Positions 1 through 9,756 are shown, counted from the stretch's first letter. The stretch is 64,000 bases of DNA from Verrucomicrobiota bacterium (GCA_016871615.1 VHCX01000012.1:287-64286), one strand, 5' to 3'. Program-made: numbers and translations. The notes: generated from the letters alone by a model not told the origin.

Positions 1-67
1 GCCGGGAGAAGCTTGTTCCGGGCCGGGTGGCGGAGTTCAATCGGAAAGCTGGTTCCACCGGCTCCCC

Positions 68-997
68 ATGACGCCCACCCTCCGCTCCCTGCGCGCCCTG
101 GCCGACCCGACCCGGCTGCGCATCGTGGCCCTCCTCGAGGCCGAGGAGTTGCCCGTCAACGAGATCCAGGAAATCACCGGCCTCGGGCAATCCCGGGTCT
201 CGACCCACCTCAGCCTGCTGTCCGAGACGGGCCTGGTGCTTTCCCGGCGGGAGGGCAAGCGGACCTTCTACCGGCTGAACCCGCAGGCCGACGTGCAGGT
301 GCGGGAGTTCACGCGGCTGGCCATGCAGGGGGCCAAGGAGCTGCCCGAGCACGAGGGTGACCAGCTCAACCTGCGCCGGGTGCTGGCGCGGCGCGAGGAG
401 CAGGCGCAGGTCTACTTCAACCAGGTGGCCGGTCGCTTCGACCGCAGCTACGGACCGGGCCGCTCCTGGCAGGCCTTCGGGCACCTGCTCCTGCGGATGC
501 TCCCGGCCATCGACGTGGCCGACCTGGGCTCGGGCGAGGGCCTTCTGGCCGAGTTGCTGGCCCGGCGTTGCCGGCGGGTCATCGCCGTGGACAATTCCGA
601 GAAGATGGTGCAGTTCGGCGCCCGGAAGGCCCGCCAGAACGGGTTGACCAACCTCGAGTTCCGCCTGGGCGACCTGCAGGATCCGCCCATCGACCCGGCA
701 TCGGTCGACCTCGTCATCCTCAGCCAGGCCCTGCACCACGCCGAGGATCCGGCCAAGGCCCTCGAGGCCGCCGCCCGCCTCCTGCGGCCCGGTGGGCGCG
801 TGATGATCCTGGATCTGGTGAAGCACCGCTTCGTGCAGGCCCGCGAACTCTACGGCGACCGTTGGCTCGGCTTCGCCGAGAGCGACCTGCACCGCTGGCT
901 CGAGGCGGCAGGCCTGTCGGAGATCGAGATCACCAAGGTGGCCCGCGAGGAGCAGAAGCCCTGCCTGGAGACCCTGCTGGCGGTCGGCACGCGTTGA
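68..997 (+). CDS. ArsR-family HTH transcriptional regulator fused to a class I SAM-dependent methyltransferase
   Basis: ATG at 68. N-terminus 'LRALADPTRLRIVALL...VNEIQEITGLGQSRVSTHLSLL' is an ArsR/SmtB winged helix. C-terminus 'VADLGSGEGLLAELLARR...VIAVDNSEKMV...LLRPGGRVMILDL' is a Methyltransf_11-type SAM-binding fold. Confidence 0.85.
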   Translation: MTPTLRSLRALADPTRLRIVALLEAEELPVNEIQEITGLGQSRVSTHLSLLSETGLVLSRREGKRTFYRLNPQADVQVREFTRLAMQGAKELPEHEGDQLNLRRVLARREEQAQVYFNQVAGRFDRSYGPGRSWQAFGHLLLRMLPAIDVADLGSGEGLLAELLARRCRRVIAVDNSEKMVQFGARKARQNGLTNLEFRLGDLQDPPIDPASVDLVILSQALHHAEDPAKALEAAARLLRPGGRVMILDLVKHRFVQARELYGDRWLGFAESDLHRWLEAAGLSEIEITKVAREEQKPCLETLLAVGTR

Positions 998-1098
998 GCC
1001 ACGAGCCAGGCGGTGCCCGAGGGCATGGCCTGCCGTGCTGCAGGCGCGCCGCCCATCGGGACTGACGGCGCCCCCGGGGCCCCCACGGGCTCCGTGGC

Positions 1099-2247
1099 TC
1101 ACTCGTCGTCGTCGCCGACGCCCTGCATGCGCTTGGTGGGGCACCCGCCGCGCAGCCACCCGTTGACGAACGGGTCGAGCGCCCCATCCATCACGCCCTG
1201 GACGTCGCTGGTCTGCACGCCGGTGCGCAGGTCCTTGACCATGCGGTAGGGCTGGAAGACGTAGCTGCGGATCTGGTTGCCCCAGCTCACGCTGCCCTTC
1301 TCGCCGTAGAACTTGTCCATGTCGGACTTGGCCTGGTCGAGCTTCAGGGCGAAGAGCTTGGAGATCAGCATGGTCATCGCCGTGACCTCGTTCTGCGCCT
1401 GGCTGCGTTGGGCCTGCGAAGCGGCGACCAACCCGGTGGGGATGTGGGTCAGGCGCACGGCCGTCTCCACCTTGTTGACGTTCTGCCCGCCCTTGCCGCC
1501 CGACCGGAACGTGTCGCGTTGGATCTCGCTCTTGGGGATGACGATGTCGCTCTCGGAGATGTCGTCGATCTCGGCGATGACGTCCACGCTGGCGAAGCTG
1601 GTGTGCCGGCGTTTGTTGGAATCGAAGGGGGAGATGCGCACCAGCCGGTGCACCCCGCGCTCGGCCTTGCAGAATCCGTACGCGTTGTGGCCGGTGACCC
1701 GGTAGGTGACGCTCTTGAGCCCGGCCTGTTCCCCCGGCAGGGCGTCGGTGGATTCGAATTCCCAGCCACGGCTCTCGAACCAGCGCTCGTACATGCGGGA
1801 GAGCATCTGGGCCCAGTCCTGGGCCTCGGTGCCGCCGGCGCCGGCCTGGACGCTGAAGATGGCGCTGCGACGGTCGTGGGGGCCGGTGAGCAGCACCTCC
1901 AGCTCATAGGCCTCGATCTCGCCATCGAGCTTGGCCAGCTCGGCGTCGGCCTCGGCCTGGACCGCCTCCTGGCCCGCCTGCGGTTCGGCCTCGCCCAGCT
2001 CCAGCAGCACCCCCAGATCGTCGGTTCGCTTGCCGAACTGGATCAGCGGTTCGGCCTTCTTCTTCAGGGCGTTGGACTCCTCGATGATCTTCTTGGCCGC
2101 TTCCTGGTTGCTCCAGAAGGCGTCGGAAGCCATCTGCGCCTCGTATTCGGCCAGCCGCTTGGTGGCCTCGGGCAGGTCGATGAACCGGCGCAGTTGTCCG
2201 AGCTTGGACGTGACGGCGTCCAGTTGGGACCGGGTGACTTCGAACAT
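1099..2247 (-). CDS. prfB: Peptide chain release factor 2, uninterrupted (no programmed +1 frameshift)
   Basis: Internal ATG at 2247 ('MFEVTRSQLD...') inside the longer ORF 1099..2988. Has the RF2-specific 'SPF' tripeptide ('RISPFDSNKRRHTSF') and the 'GGQ' motif ('SGGKGGQNVNKVETAVRLTHIPTG'). 382 aa is typical for RF2. Confidence 0.95.
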   Translation of the reverse strand: MFEVTRSQLDAVTSKLGQLRRFIDLPEATKRLAEYEAQMASDAFWSNQEAAKKIIEESNALKKKAEPLIQFGKRTDDLGVLLELGEAEPQAGQEAVQAEADAELAKLDGEIEAYELEVLLTGPHDRRSAIFSVQAGAGGTEAQDWAQMLSRMYERWFESRGWEFESTDALPGEQAGLKSVTYRVTGHNAYGFCKAERGVHRLVRISPFDSNKRRHTSFASVDVIAEIDDISESDIVIPKSEIQRDTFRSGGKGGQNVNKVETAVRLTHIPTGLVAASQAQRSQAQNEVTAMTMLISKLFALKLDQAKSDMDKFYGEKGSVSWGNQIRSYVFQPYRMVKDLRTGVQTSDVQGVMDGALDPFVNGWLRGGCPTKRMQGVGDDDE

Positions 2248-2351
2248 GACGGCGCAGCCTAGCCCGGATCGGCCCGGGGTGTCGAACCGCGAGTGATCCG
2301 GGGAGGGGTTCCCGGGCGGGCCGGTGAAGGACCGCCCATGGGTCCTGAGGT

Positions 2352-2933
2352 TCAGCCCTTGGACACGCGAAGACGGAAATGGACCTCCTCGGGGGTCAGC
2401 ACGGTCGCGAAGAACCGCTCGAAGATCACGGGCTCGAGGTTGATGGGCCCGTTGAGCCACCGCAGCAGGGCGAAGTTGGAGAAGTGGAAGCGCTTCGATT
2501 CGACCACGAAGCGGGCCTTGCTGCCGTAGTTGGTCCGGTGACCCAGCTTCCACTGCTCGTAGAACCTCAAGTTGCGGCCGGTGATGTCCTCGTAGTTGTC
2601 GAAGGAGCGGATGCCGAAGGGGATGCGGTGGTCGGGTTCGGAATAGAACTTGGTGCTGAGGAAGAACGGCACCTTGACCGTGAGGATCGCCCCGGGCCGG
2701 CACACCCGCCAGATCTCGGTGACCACGGCGTTGAAGTTGCCCATGTGCTCGAGGATGTGCGAGGCGTAGACCTCGTCGAAGTGGTTCTCCGGGAACGGCC
2801 ACGGGTACTGGTTCAGCTCGCAGAGCTGGTTTCCCCCGTAATCCACCGAGTCGAGGTTCACCCACCCGGGTCGGATATCCAGGCCGCAGCCGAGGTTCAG
2901 CCGTCGTGGGGCAATGGGGGAGGCTGTGTTCAT
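2352..2933 (-). CDS. Class I SAM-dependent methyltransferase (small, Methyltransf_11/23-like)
   Basis: ATG at 2933 ('MNTASPIAPRRLNLGCGLDIRPGWVNLD...ASHILEHM...RVCRPGAILTV'). ATGA overlap with the stop of the upstream methyltransferase gene at 2930-2933. Confidence 0.75.
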   Translation of the reverse strand: MNTASPIAPRRLNLGCGLDIRPGWVNLDSVDYGGNQLCELNQYPWPFPENHFDEVYASHILEHMGNFNAVVTEIWRVCRPGAILTVKVPFFLSTKFYSEPDHRIPFGIRSFDNYEDITGRNLRFYEQWKLGHRTNYGSKARFVVESKRFHFSNFALLRWLNGPINLEPVIFERFFATVLTPEEVHFRLRVSKG

Positions 2934-3706
2934 GGGGCGGTGGACGCTGGGATGGAAGTTCCTGGCGGGGTCGCCCCGGGGGATCCACTGCCGGTGCGGT
3001 CGGCGCGGCGGGCGAGCAGCAGGGCGCAGTTCCAGGCGAGGAACTCGCGCGCCACCGGCAGGTGCAGCAGGAACCAGAACTCGGGATAGTACCTCGGGGC
3101 CCGCCGCGTCAGGCGCAGGTCGGTCGCTTCGCGCAGGTGTCGGAGGATGCCCCCGATGGAGGTCATGAAGAGGTTGGTCCCGGGACGATGGAACCGGGTC
3201 TTCCCAAGCTGGTCGTGGATGGCGGGACCCAGCCGGGGTCCCAGGTAGTGCCACGGCGAGAACTCGTGTCCGCCCCAAGGCGAGAGCCAGTTGGTCCAGC
3301 TCAGGTAGAAGCGCCCCCCGGGGGCCAGCAGGCCATCGGCCTGCGACAGGAAGGCCTCCGGCTTGGCGAGGTGTTCCAGCACGTTCGAGCAGATCACCAG
3401 GTCGAAGCCCGTCAGGGCGAGCCGGTCCAGCCGATCCCGGTCGAGGTTCACCGCGACGAAGGGTTGATCGCGGTACTCGGGCAGCAGGTGGTTCTGTTCG
3501 TCGGCGAAGGTCACCGAGCAGCCCCGCCGCCGCAGTTCTCCGCCGAAGACCCCGTGGCCGCAGCCGAGGTCCAGCACCCGCGTGCCGGGCCCGACGGCGA
3601 CACCGGCCTCCTCGATCCAGCCGATCGCATCCACGGCCTGCATCCGGTAGAACTCCGGATCATCGCGGTGTTGGACGAAGCGCCACAGCAGTTGGGGCAG
3701 GATCAT
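2930..3706 (-). CDS. Class I SAM-dependent methyltransferase
   Basis: Internal ATG at 3706 ('MILPQLLWRF...'). Motif I is 'RVLDLGCGHGVFGGEL', followed by 'DLVICSNVLEHLAKPEAFL...LLAPGGRFYLS'. Confidence 0.75.
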   Translation of the reverse strand: MILPQLLWRFVQHRDDPEFYRMQAVDAIGWIEEAGVAVGPGTRVLDLGCGHGVFGGELRRRGCSVTFADEQNHLLPEYRDQPFVAVNLDRDRLDRLALTGFDLVICSNVLEHLAKPEAFLSQADGLLAPGGRFYLSWTNWLSPWGGHEFSPWHYLGPRLGPAIHDQLGKTRFHRPGTNLFMTSIGGILRHLREATDLRLTRRAPRYYPEFWFLLHLPVAREFLAWNCALLLARRADRTGSGSPGATPPGTSIPASTAP

Positions 3707-3835
3707 CGGAAGCCAAACCTTGGACGACACGCCGTCGGTTTTCCAGCTTCGTGACGCACCTGGACCGTGGCAATGCGGCTGGACGGTGCCCGACAGGGCG
3801 ACCCCTGGTCGGGCATGCTCCCGCACGACCCCGTC

Positions 3836-5029
3836 TCAGGCCGAGAGACGCCGGGCCAGACGTTCGATCTCGCGGTCACCCTGGGCGCCCTTCCAGCGCA
3901 GTTCCCCCATCCACCAGTGGCGCACGTAGCCCCGACGGTCGATGACGTACACGGTGGGCCACATCGTCGTGCCCCAGGCCTCCCAGTTGGCGCTCTTGAG
4001 GTCCACCAGCACCGGGAACTCGAACCGCGCCTTCCTGGCCGCCTCCAGCACCCTGCCGGCATCGCGCTCGTCGTCGGTCTCCGGGGTCTGCACGCCGACC
4101 ACCACGATGCCCTGGTCGCGCAACTCCTGGTGCCAGCGGTTGTAGACGTCGAAGTTGGCGTGGCAGTTGTGGCACTGGAAGGCGTAGTAATGCAGCAGCA
4201 CCACCTTGCCCCGCAGGTCCGAGAGGCGTGCCTTGCGATCCGGATCGACCCAGATGCCCGAGTCGACCAGTTCCGGGGCCATCGGCAGCACCCGCTCGAA
4301 GGACCCGGTCTCCCGCTGCTCGCCCAAGCTCTCGAGCCATCGGGCCTGCTGGCCGTCGACCAGGAGTTTCCTGAAGGCCTCGGATTCGACCTGGCGCAAG
4401 CGGACGATCGCGGCCTGCCGGCGCGCCCGGCCGGTGGCCCCGACGGACGGGATCTGGGCCAACGCCTGGTCGGACCGCTCGAAGAGCGCGTCGAGGCGCG
4501 CGCGTTGCCCGTCGGTGATCGAAAGATGATCGGCCACCTCGGGACGGAGGACGGCCCGGGCGCCCTGGGCCTGGAGTTCCAGTTGCCGAAGGCGGGCCGC
4601 GGCCGAGCCGCCCAGGCGCCGCCGCACCTCGGTGACGACCCGTGTCTCGGCCTCGGCGATCGCCTCGCGCTGCGCCGCCTCGGGCAGGTTGCGCCATCGC
4701 ATCCAACCGGCGGCCGCCTTGCGCAGCGCCTCGTCGAACCCGGTCTCGGTGTCGGGCCCGATGCCCAACTCGCGCTGGCCCTCCTCGGAATGGGCGATCG
4801 CCAGCAGGGTCTGGGGCACCCGCGTGAGCGCGGCGGGCAATCCCCGGTGCCGCAGACCGACGCCGGGGTCGGCCGGCGCGTCGGCCGCCTTGGCAATCCA
4901 GGAGGGCAGCGCCACTGCGCCCGTCGCCATCCAGGCCAGATGCCGTCGAAGCGCCGCATCCGGGCCGGTCCCCGGGGCGGGTCGCCGCTTCGGAGGCCCG
5001 GGGTCCGAGGGATGCCGGGAGGGATTCAT
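3836..5029 (-). CDS. Thioredoxin-fold (redoxin/TlpA-like) protein with a long helical N-terminal domain
   Basis: C-terminus 'LRGKVVLLHYYAFQCHNCHANF...GIVVVGVQTPE...FPVLVD...WPTVYVIDRRGYV' is an AhpC/TSA-redoxin fold with a CxxC (CHNC). The start is uncertain: ATG 5029 was chosen, and the ORF extends to 5068. Confidence 0.7.
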   Translation of the reverse strand: MNPSRHPSDPGPPKRRPAPGTGPDAALRRHLAWMATGAVALPSWIAKAADAPADPGVGLRHRGLPAALTRVPQTLLAIAHSEEGQRELGIGPDTETGFDEALRKAAAGWMRWRNLPEAAQREAIAEAETRVVTEVRRRLGGSAAARLRQLELQAQGARAVLRPEVADHLSITDGQRARLDALFERSDQALAQIPSVGATGRARRQAAIVRLRQVESEAFRKLLVDGQQARWLESLGEQRETGSFERVLPMAPELVDSGIWVDPDRKARLSDLRGKVVLLHYYAFQCHNCHANFDVYNRWHQELRDQGIVVVGVQTPETDDERDAGRVLEAARKARFEFPVLVDLKSANWEAWGTTMWPTVYVIDRRGYVRHWWMGELRWKGAQGDREIERLARRLSA

Positions 5030-5197
5030 GGGTGTCGGTTGTCGGGCCGGGTCCGGACGTCCGACCAAGGTGGTGGTGGTTCGGGCGCGCTGTCAATGCG
5101 GCCCCGGGGCGGCAAGGGTTCCAGGAGGAATGCTTGGGCGGACGGGGCTCGGGAGCGGTCGTCCGGGGGCTGGAGACGCGGGCTGGTTTGGGGTTGG

Positions 5198-6412
5198 ATG
5201 GGGCCGGTGAACGTCCTGATCGTCTATAATTCGGCACTCGATGCCCGGTCGGTGTCCGGGGTGCAGACCTATTTCGCAGGGGTGGTCGAGCATTGGATCG
5301 CCGGCGGGCACACGGTGGACTTCCTGGTGGGACGCTCCGCCTGGCCGGTGTTCCGGAGCCTCTACCCGAAGTCGCGCCTGATCAGCAGCGACGATCTCTT
5401 CGACCCCAACGGCTACCTCGGGCAGACCTGGCGCTACCTGCCGATCTTCGCCTGGCGCATGCTGACTGCCCGCTTCGTCCGCCTTCCGGAGACCTACGAC
5501 GTGGTGCTGGCCTGCGCCCAGTTCATCTACGAGGTGGGCCCGGCGCGCACGCTGGCCCGGCGATGTGGGGCGACCCTGACAGTGAAGATCCACCACGTGC
5601 TGTCCACCCAGCGCCAGCCGGCCGGGCTCTTCGACCGGCTGCATTTCCTCTCCGAGCGCACGAGCGCCCGGTGGTTGAACCGTGAGGCCGATGCGATCCT
5701 GTGCGGCACCGAGCTGATCGCCCGCGACTTCAACGCCGTCGAGACCGCGCTTGGCCTGCGGCCCAGCCGGACCCACGCCACGGGGTACGGCATCGATCTC
5801 GAACGAATCCCGCTGGCCGTCGATCAATCCAAGGAGTTCGACGCGGTCCTGCTGGGCCGGGTTCACGAGCACAAGGGGGTCTTCGACGCGGTGCCGTTGT
5901 GGCAGGAGGTGGTCCGCCGACGGCCCGGGTCGCGACTGCTGGTGATCGGCGAGGGACCGCACCGGGCGGAATTGCAGGCCCGGATCTCGACGGCCGGGCT
6001 GGGAGCGTCCGTGCAGTGCTCCGGCCCCGTCTCCGAGGCCGAGAAGGTGTCGCTCGTCGCGCGCGCGAGGGTCGGCCTGAGCCTCTCGCGCGAGGAGGGC
6101 TGGGGCCTTTCGGTCAACGAGTTCCTCGCAGCCGGTCTGCCCGTGGTCGCCATGGAGGTGCCTGTCTTCCGCAGCGTGTTTCCGGGGCAATTGGATCTGG
6201 TGCCGCAGAAAGACCTCGCCGCGACTGCCACCCGCATCCTGCACTGGCTCGACCATCCCGATGAAGCCCGCCAGCGAGGCCTCAAAGGCCGGCGATTCGT
6301 CGAGCGCTACGACCACCGCCGCGTCGCCGCCGAGGAGATGCGGATCCTGACCGAGGCCCGGGCGGCCCGTGAGGTCCGGGCGATCGGCCCTCTCCGCACA
6401 CCCATCCGTTGA
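5198..6412 (+). CDS. Glycosyltransferase family 4 (GT-B)
   Basis: Internal ATG at 5198 ('MGPVNVLIVYNS...'). C-terminal 'LLVIGEGPHRAEL...SREEGWGLSVNEFLAAGLPVVA' is the E-x7-E-type GT4 signature. The upstream part of ORF 3767..6412 is antisense to the redoxin gene. Confidence 0.8.
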   Translation: MGPVNVLIVYNSALDARSVSGVQTYFAGVVEHWIAGGHTVDFLVGRSAWPVFRSLYPKSRLISSDDLFDPNGYLGQTWRYLPIFAWRMLTARFVRLPETYDVVLACAQFIYEVGPARTLARRCGATLTVKIHHVLSTQRQPAGLFDRLHFLSERTSARWLNREADAILCGTELIARDFNAVETALGLRPSRTHATGYGIDLERIPLAVDQSKEFDAVLLGRVHEHKGVFDAVPLWQEVVRRRPGSRLLVIGEGPHRAELQARISTAGLGASVQCSGPVSEAEKVSLVARARVGLSLSREEGWGLSVNEFLAAGLPVVAMEVPVFRSVFPGQLDLVPQKDLAATATRILHWLDHPDEARQRGLKGRRFVERYDHRRVAAEEMRILTEARAAREVRAIGPLRTPIR

Positions 6413-6657
6413 TCTTGGCGCCGTGGCGATCCTGAGCCCGTTGCGTCGGACTGTTTCGGGAAGGGCTCCCCCGGCAAGGCGTGCGGCCCGGGGTCTGGCC
6501 GGGCCGAGGGACCGATGGCGGACTCGGACGCCGTAACGAAGCGAACCCGGCCCCGGGATGGGGCGGGTTCGGAAGGATGGACGAGAGGGAGTCCGGCAGG
6601 AGTCTGGCCAGGGAAGAGGGGCGTGTTTTCAGGCTCCCGACGAACGCTCCGGCCGGC

Positions 6658-7863
6658 TCACTCGCCGCCCAGCTTCGGCAGCGCCACCGGTGAAGACAGC
6701 GCATCGGGGGAGGCTGCGGCGTCGTCCTTCTTGGGATCGACCATCAGCTCCGGGCGCTTCTTGAGCAGGGAGTCGATGGACCACTTGCTGACCAGATAGG
6801 TCCACCGTCCGCGGGCCTGTTCGGCCGCGAGCCTCTCCTGCTGCTTCTTGAGCTTCTCGGCGAACTCCTTGTCGAGCTTCTCGGCGTCCTCCTTCTTCTC
6901 GTCCTTGCCAGGCGTGCGCTGGGTCACGAGCTGCGCCTCGGTGGTGAACTGCACCGGGTGGCGGTCGCCTTCCTGCGCCTTGCCCACCTTGACGGTGTAG
7001 GTCCAGCCGCCGGCGGTCCGGATCTTCGCCTGGACGGGGTTGTCGAGGCCGAGGGCGGCCGGTTGGGCATCGACGAGCACGTCGTCGAAGCTCGGCGAAC
7101 TGAGCAGCGAGCTGAAGGCCCCGGTTTTCGCCGTGTCCACCTTTTCCTCGGGCTTGGCGTCCACCAGGGTCCACTCCGAGAACTCGTTGGTCCGGGTGAG
7201 GGTGAAGCTGTTGGTGGCGTCGGGATGGCTGAGGGTCACGGAGAGCGGTTGCTCGACCTTGAACCACTCCTTCTCGAGCCACTGGTCGGGCTTGGGCTCG
7301 GCGTTGGCGAGGGGCTCGTTGACCAGGGCGGCGGTCTCGATCTTGTTGTCGACCATCACGTAGCGGCCGACGGGCCAGCCGCCGCCCATGCCCCCGAAGC
7401 CGCCGTCGTCCTGGGCTCCGTTCTTGGTGTGCTTCTTGCCCAAGAGCAGCGAACGGGTCGCCTTGCCGTCGGCACCGAGCAGTTCCACCAGCACGCCCGG
7501 GCCCTTGTCCGGGGCCAGCAGTTCCAGCGCCGGCAGCCGCGAGGGGCCCACCTGCACCGGTTGGGTGGCCTTGAGGTCCACCAGCTTCCGCACGAAGTCC
7601 TGGATGGATCCGAAGTTGGCGGGATACCCGCCCCGTTCCTTCACCGTCCAGTCGTTGCCCGACTTGAGCAGGTTGAGCTGGTTGGTGCCCTGGGTGATGC
7701 GCACCCCGGCGATGGAGGAGGCGTCGAGCCCCGCCAGCAGGACCCCGCCGAGTTGGGCCGAGGACTGCCGGTAGCCGGCGGACTGCTGGTTGCGGACGTA
7801 GAGGCCGGCTCCGCCCAGGGCGAGGCCGACGGCGACGAGGATGGCCAGTTGCTTGGTGTTCAT
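6658..7863 (-). CDS. DUF4340-like membrane-anchored protein (last gene of the GldG-type ABC operon)
   Basis: ATG at 7863 ('MNTKQLAILVAVGLALGGAGLY', N-terminal TM helix). ATGA overlap with the stop of the upstream GldG-like gene. 'SGNDWTVKERGGYPANFGSIQDFVRKLVDLKA' resembles DUF4340 proteins, which typically follow gldG. Confidence 0.65.
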   Translation of the reverse strand: MNTKQLAILVAVGLALGGAGLYVRNQQSAGYRQSSAQLGGVLLAGLDASSIAGVRITQGTNQLNLLKSGNDWTVKERGGYPANFGSIQDFVRKLVDLKATQPVQVGPSRLPALELLAPDKGPGVLVELLGADGKATRSLLLGKKHTKNGAQDDGGFGGMGGGWPVGRYVMVDNKIETAALVNEPLANAEPKPDQWLEKEWFKVEQPLSVTLSHPDATNSFTLTRTNEFSEWTLVDAKPEEKVDTAKTGAFSSLLSSPSFDDVLVDAQPAALGLDNPVQAKIRTAGGWTYTVKVGKAQEGDRHPVQFTTEAQLVTQRTPGKDEKKEDAEKLDKEFAEKLKKQQERLAAEQARGRWTYLVSKWSIDSLLKKRPELMVDPKKDDAAASPDALSSPVALPKLGGE

Positions 7864-9731
7864 TTGGCGTTCGTGCGGTTCTTGCGGGCGATGGCCAGGG
7901 CGATCCCGGCGGCGGAGACCAGCAGGGGCATCGCGGCGATGTTCAGCCATTTGACCCGGTTCTCGAGATTCTTGACGTCCACGTCGAGGTTGCGGCGCTC
8001 CTTGCGCAGGTCCTTGCGGGCCTCGACCTGCTGCTTCTTGAAGTTGGCGATGGCGTCCTGCTGGTCCTTGGTGAGGATGATCTTGGAGGTGTTGCCCTCC
8101 TGCTTGATCTGCACGTCGTTGAGCTTGCTCTGGAGCTGTTCGACCTTGCGGTTGAGGCCCTCGATCTTGCCCTGGTAGCGGGCGCGGGCCTCGGCCTCCA
8201 TCTTCTGCACGACCGTGAAGGGCCGGCTCACCGAGGCGCGGCCGCGGGCACCGACCAGGCTGACGTCGCCCGAGGCCTGCTCGACGAGGTTCTGCACCAG
8301 GGCCAGGTTGCCGTTGCGCGGCATGGCCAGCCCGAGCATCGGGTTCACCTCGACCGAGTAGGCGTCGTTGAGGAAGTCCACGTCACCGAAGAGGTACACC
8401 ACGGTGTCCGACTTGGCCTCCTTGAGCGCGGTGGCGTTGGTGTCGCCCGGCTTGCCCGAGGGGAAGGCCGTCTTGAACTTGCCCGAAAGGCGCAGGGCCA
8501 GCGGGTAGTTGGTCCGGGCCGGGGCGAACTCGTCGAGGATCTTGGCCCCGTTGAACTGCGAGGTCATGCCGTCGACGAGCTGGGAGTCCTCGGAGGACTT
8601 GATAAGCACGTCGGCTCGGAGGCCGTCGGCCGCCTTGCCGGTGAAGCCGCCGGCGAAGGGCAGCCAGAGGTTGTCGCTCTGGCTCGTCACCGCGTCGTCG
8701 CGGTTCACGCCGTCGGCGTTGAGGAACAGGAAGGCCGGCACGGGCTGCGGGCGTCCGTCGCGGCCCTGCAACTCGCGGCTGAAGGTGCGGTCGGCCACCA
8801 CCTTGGAGGGATCGAGGGCCACGCCCCACGTCTCGAGCAGCTTGGGCAGGGAGGACCCGCCGCCGAGGTTCAGGCCCATCGGGTTGGGATTGCGGTTGTC
8901 GGTGATGCACTGCGGGTCGAGGAAGGCGATGAGCTTGCCCCCGCGCAGCACGAACTGGTCGATGGCGAACTGGGCCTTCTCGGAGACGTCCTTCGGATGC
9001 ACCACGAGCAGCACCTGGACCTTCTCGGGGATGGAGTCGCTGTCCATCGGGACGTTCTCCACCGCGAAGTCGCGTTTTAGTTCGCTGAAGGTGATCCAGG
9101 CCGGTTGCTGCGGCTGGCGGCCCATCTGCATCATCATGGGGTTCATCGCGCCGGGCCCGCCCAGCACCGGCAGCGGGCTCATGACGCCCAGCACCGGCTT
9201 GTTGGTGGCGATGACCTGGGAGATGACCCGGGCGATGTCGTATTCGAGCAGTTTCTCGCGCTGTGGCGACAGGAACGGGATGGCCTTGGTCTCGGGGGCG
9301 AGGCTGACGGCCAGCCCGAAATAGATCGGGTCGCCGCCCATCTGACCCACCGGGATCGGCTCGATGCCGTCGAGCTTGGCGGTGTCCTCGGCGTCGGAAT
9401 CGGGTTCGGGGTCGAGCCGCTGGATGGTGATCCTGCCGCCGGAGGCCGCCCGGAATTCCTGCAGCAGGTCCTCCACGGTCTGGGCGTAGTTCTTGAGGGC
9501 GCTGGGCATCCGGTTCTCGCCGCGCGAGACGTACAGCCGGACCTCCACGTTGGAGTCGATCTTGGAGAGGATTTTGCGCGAGCCGTCGGACAAGGTGTGC
9601 AGGCCGTCGGCGGTGAGGTCGAGCCGGGCGCGCACCGGGCTGAAGATCAGGTTCAGGCCGGTGATCGCCACGAAGGCGAGGGTCACACCGGCGGTCGAGA
9701 ACAGCAGGGATTGGATCTTGGTCTGTTTCAT
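7860..9731 (-). CDS. GldG-like ABC transporter auxiliary protein (ABC_transp_aux family)
   Basis: 623 aa with N- and C-terminal TM anchors. 'LDLTADGLHTLSDGSRKILSKIDSNVEVRLYVSR...' is typical of GldG/ABC-type uncharacterized transport system proteins. Lies directly downstream of the ABC-2 permease. Confidence 0.8.
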   Translation of the reverse strand: MKQTKIQSLLFSTAGVTLAFVAITGLNLIFSPVRARLDLTADGLHTLSDGSRKILSKIDSNVEVRLYVSRGENRMPSALKNYAQTVEDLLQEFRAASGGRITIQRLDPEPDSDAEDTAKLDGIEPIPVGQMGGDPIYFGLAVSLAPETKAIPFLSPQREKLLEYDIARVISQVIATNKPVLGVMSPLPVLGGPGAMNPMMMQMGRQPQQPAWITFSELKRDFAVENVPMDSDSIPEKVQVLLVVHPKDVSEKAQFAIDQFVLRGGKLIAFLDPQCITDNRNPNPMGLNLGGGSSLPKLLETWGVALDPSKVVADRTFSRELQGRDGRPQPVPAFLFLNADGVNRDDAVTSQSDNLWLPFAGGFTGKAADGLRADVLIKSSEDSQLVDGMTSQFNGAKILDEFAPARTNYPLALRLSGKFKTAFPSGKPGDTNATALKEAKSDTVVYLFGDVDFLNDAYSVEVNPMLGLAMPRNGNLALVQNLVEQASGDVSLVGARGRASVSRPFTVVQKMEAEARARYQGKIEGLNRKVEQLQSKLNDVQIKQEGNTSKIILTKDQQDAIANFKKQQVEARKDLRKERRNLDVDVKNLENRVKWLNIAAMPLLVSAAGIALAIARKNRTNAK

Positions 9732-9756
9732 GGCGCAGGAAGAGGGTCTCTGGGGT

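Noticed and set aside
2150-2247. Looked for the programmed +1 frameshift site of prfB
   Set aside because: The RF2 reading frame is continuous from ATG 2247 with no in-frame UGA. There is no recoding here.
4111-4135. Sigma54-like element on the minus strand (TGGCAC-CAGGAG-TTGC)
   Set aside because: The GG-to-GC spacing is one nt too long, and the site lies inside the redoxin coding sequence. Other TGGCAC occurrences that I checked lacked a TTGC at the right distance. No convincing -24/-12 promoter was found by eye.
3767-5197. 5' two-thirds of the 881-aa ORF 3767..6412 (+)
   Set aside because: It is antisense to the well-supported redoxin gene. Its translation is Arg/Gly/Pro/Ala-rich with no recognisable motifs. 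The glycosyltransferase similarity begins only at the internal ATG 5198. This is a typical GC-driven shadow ORF.
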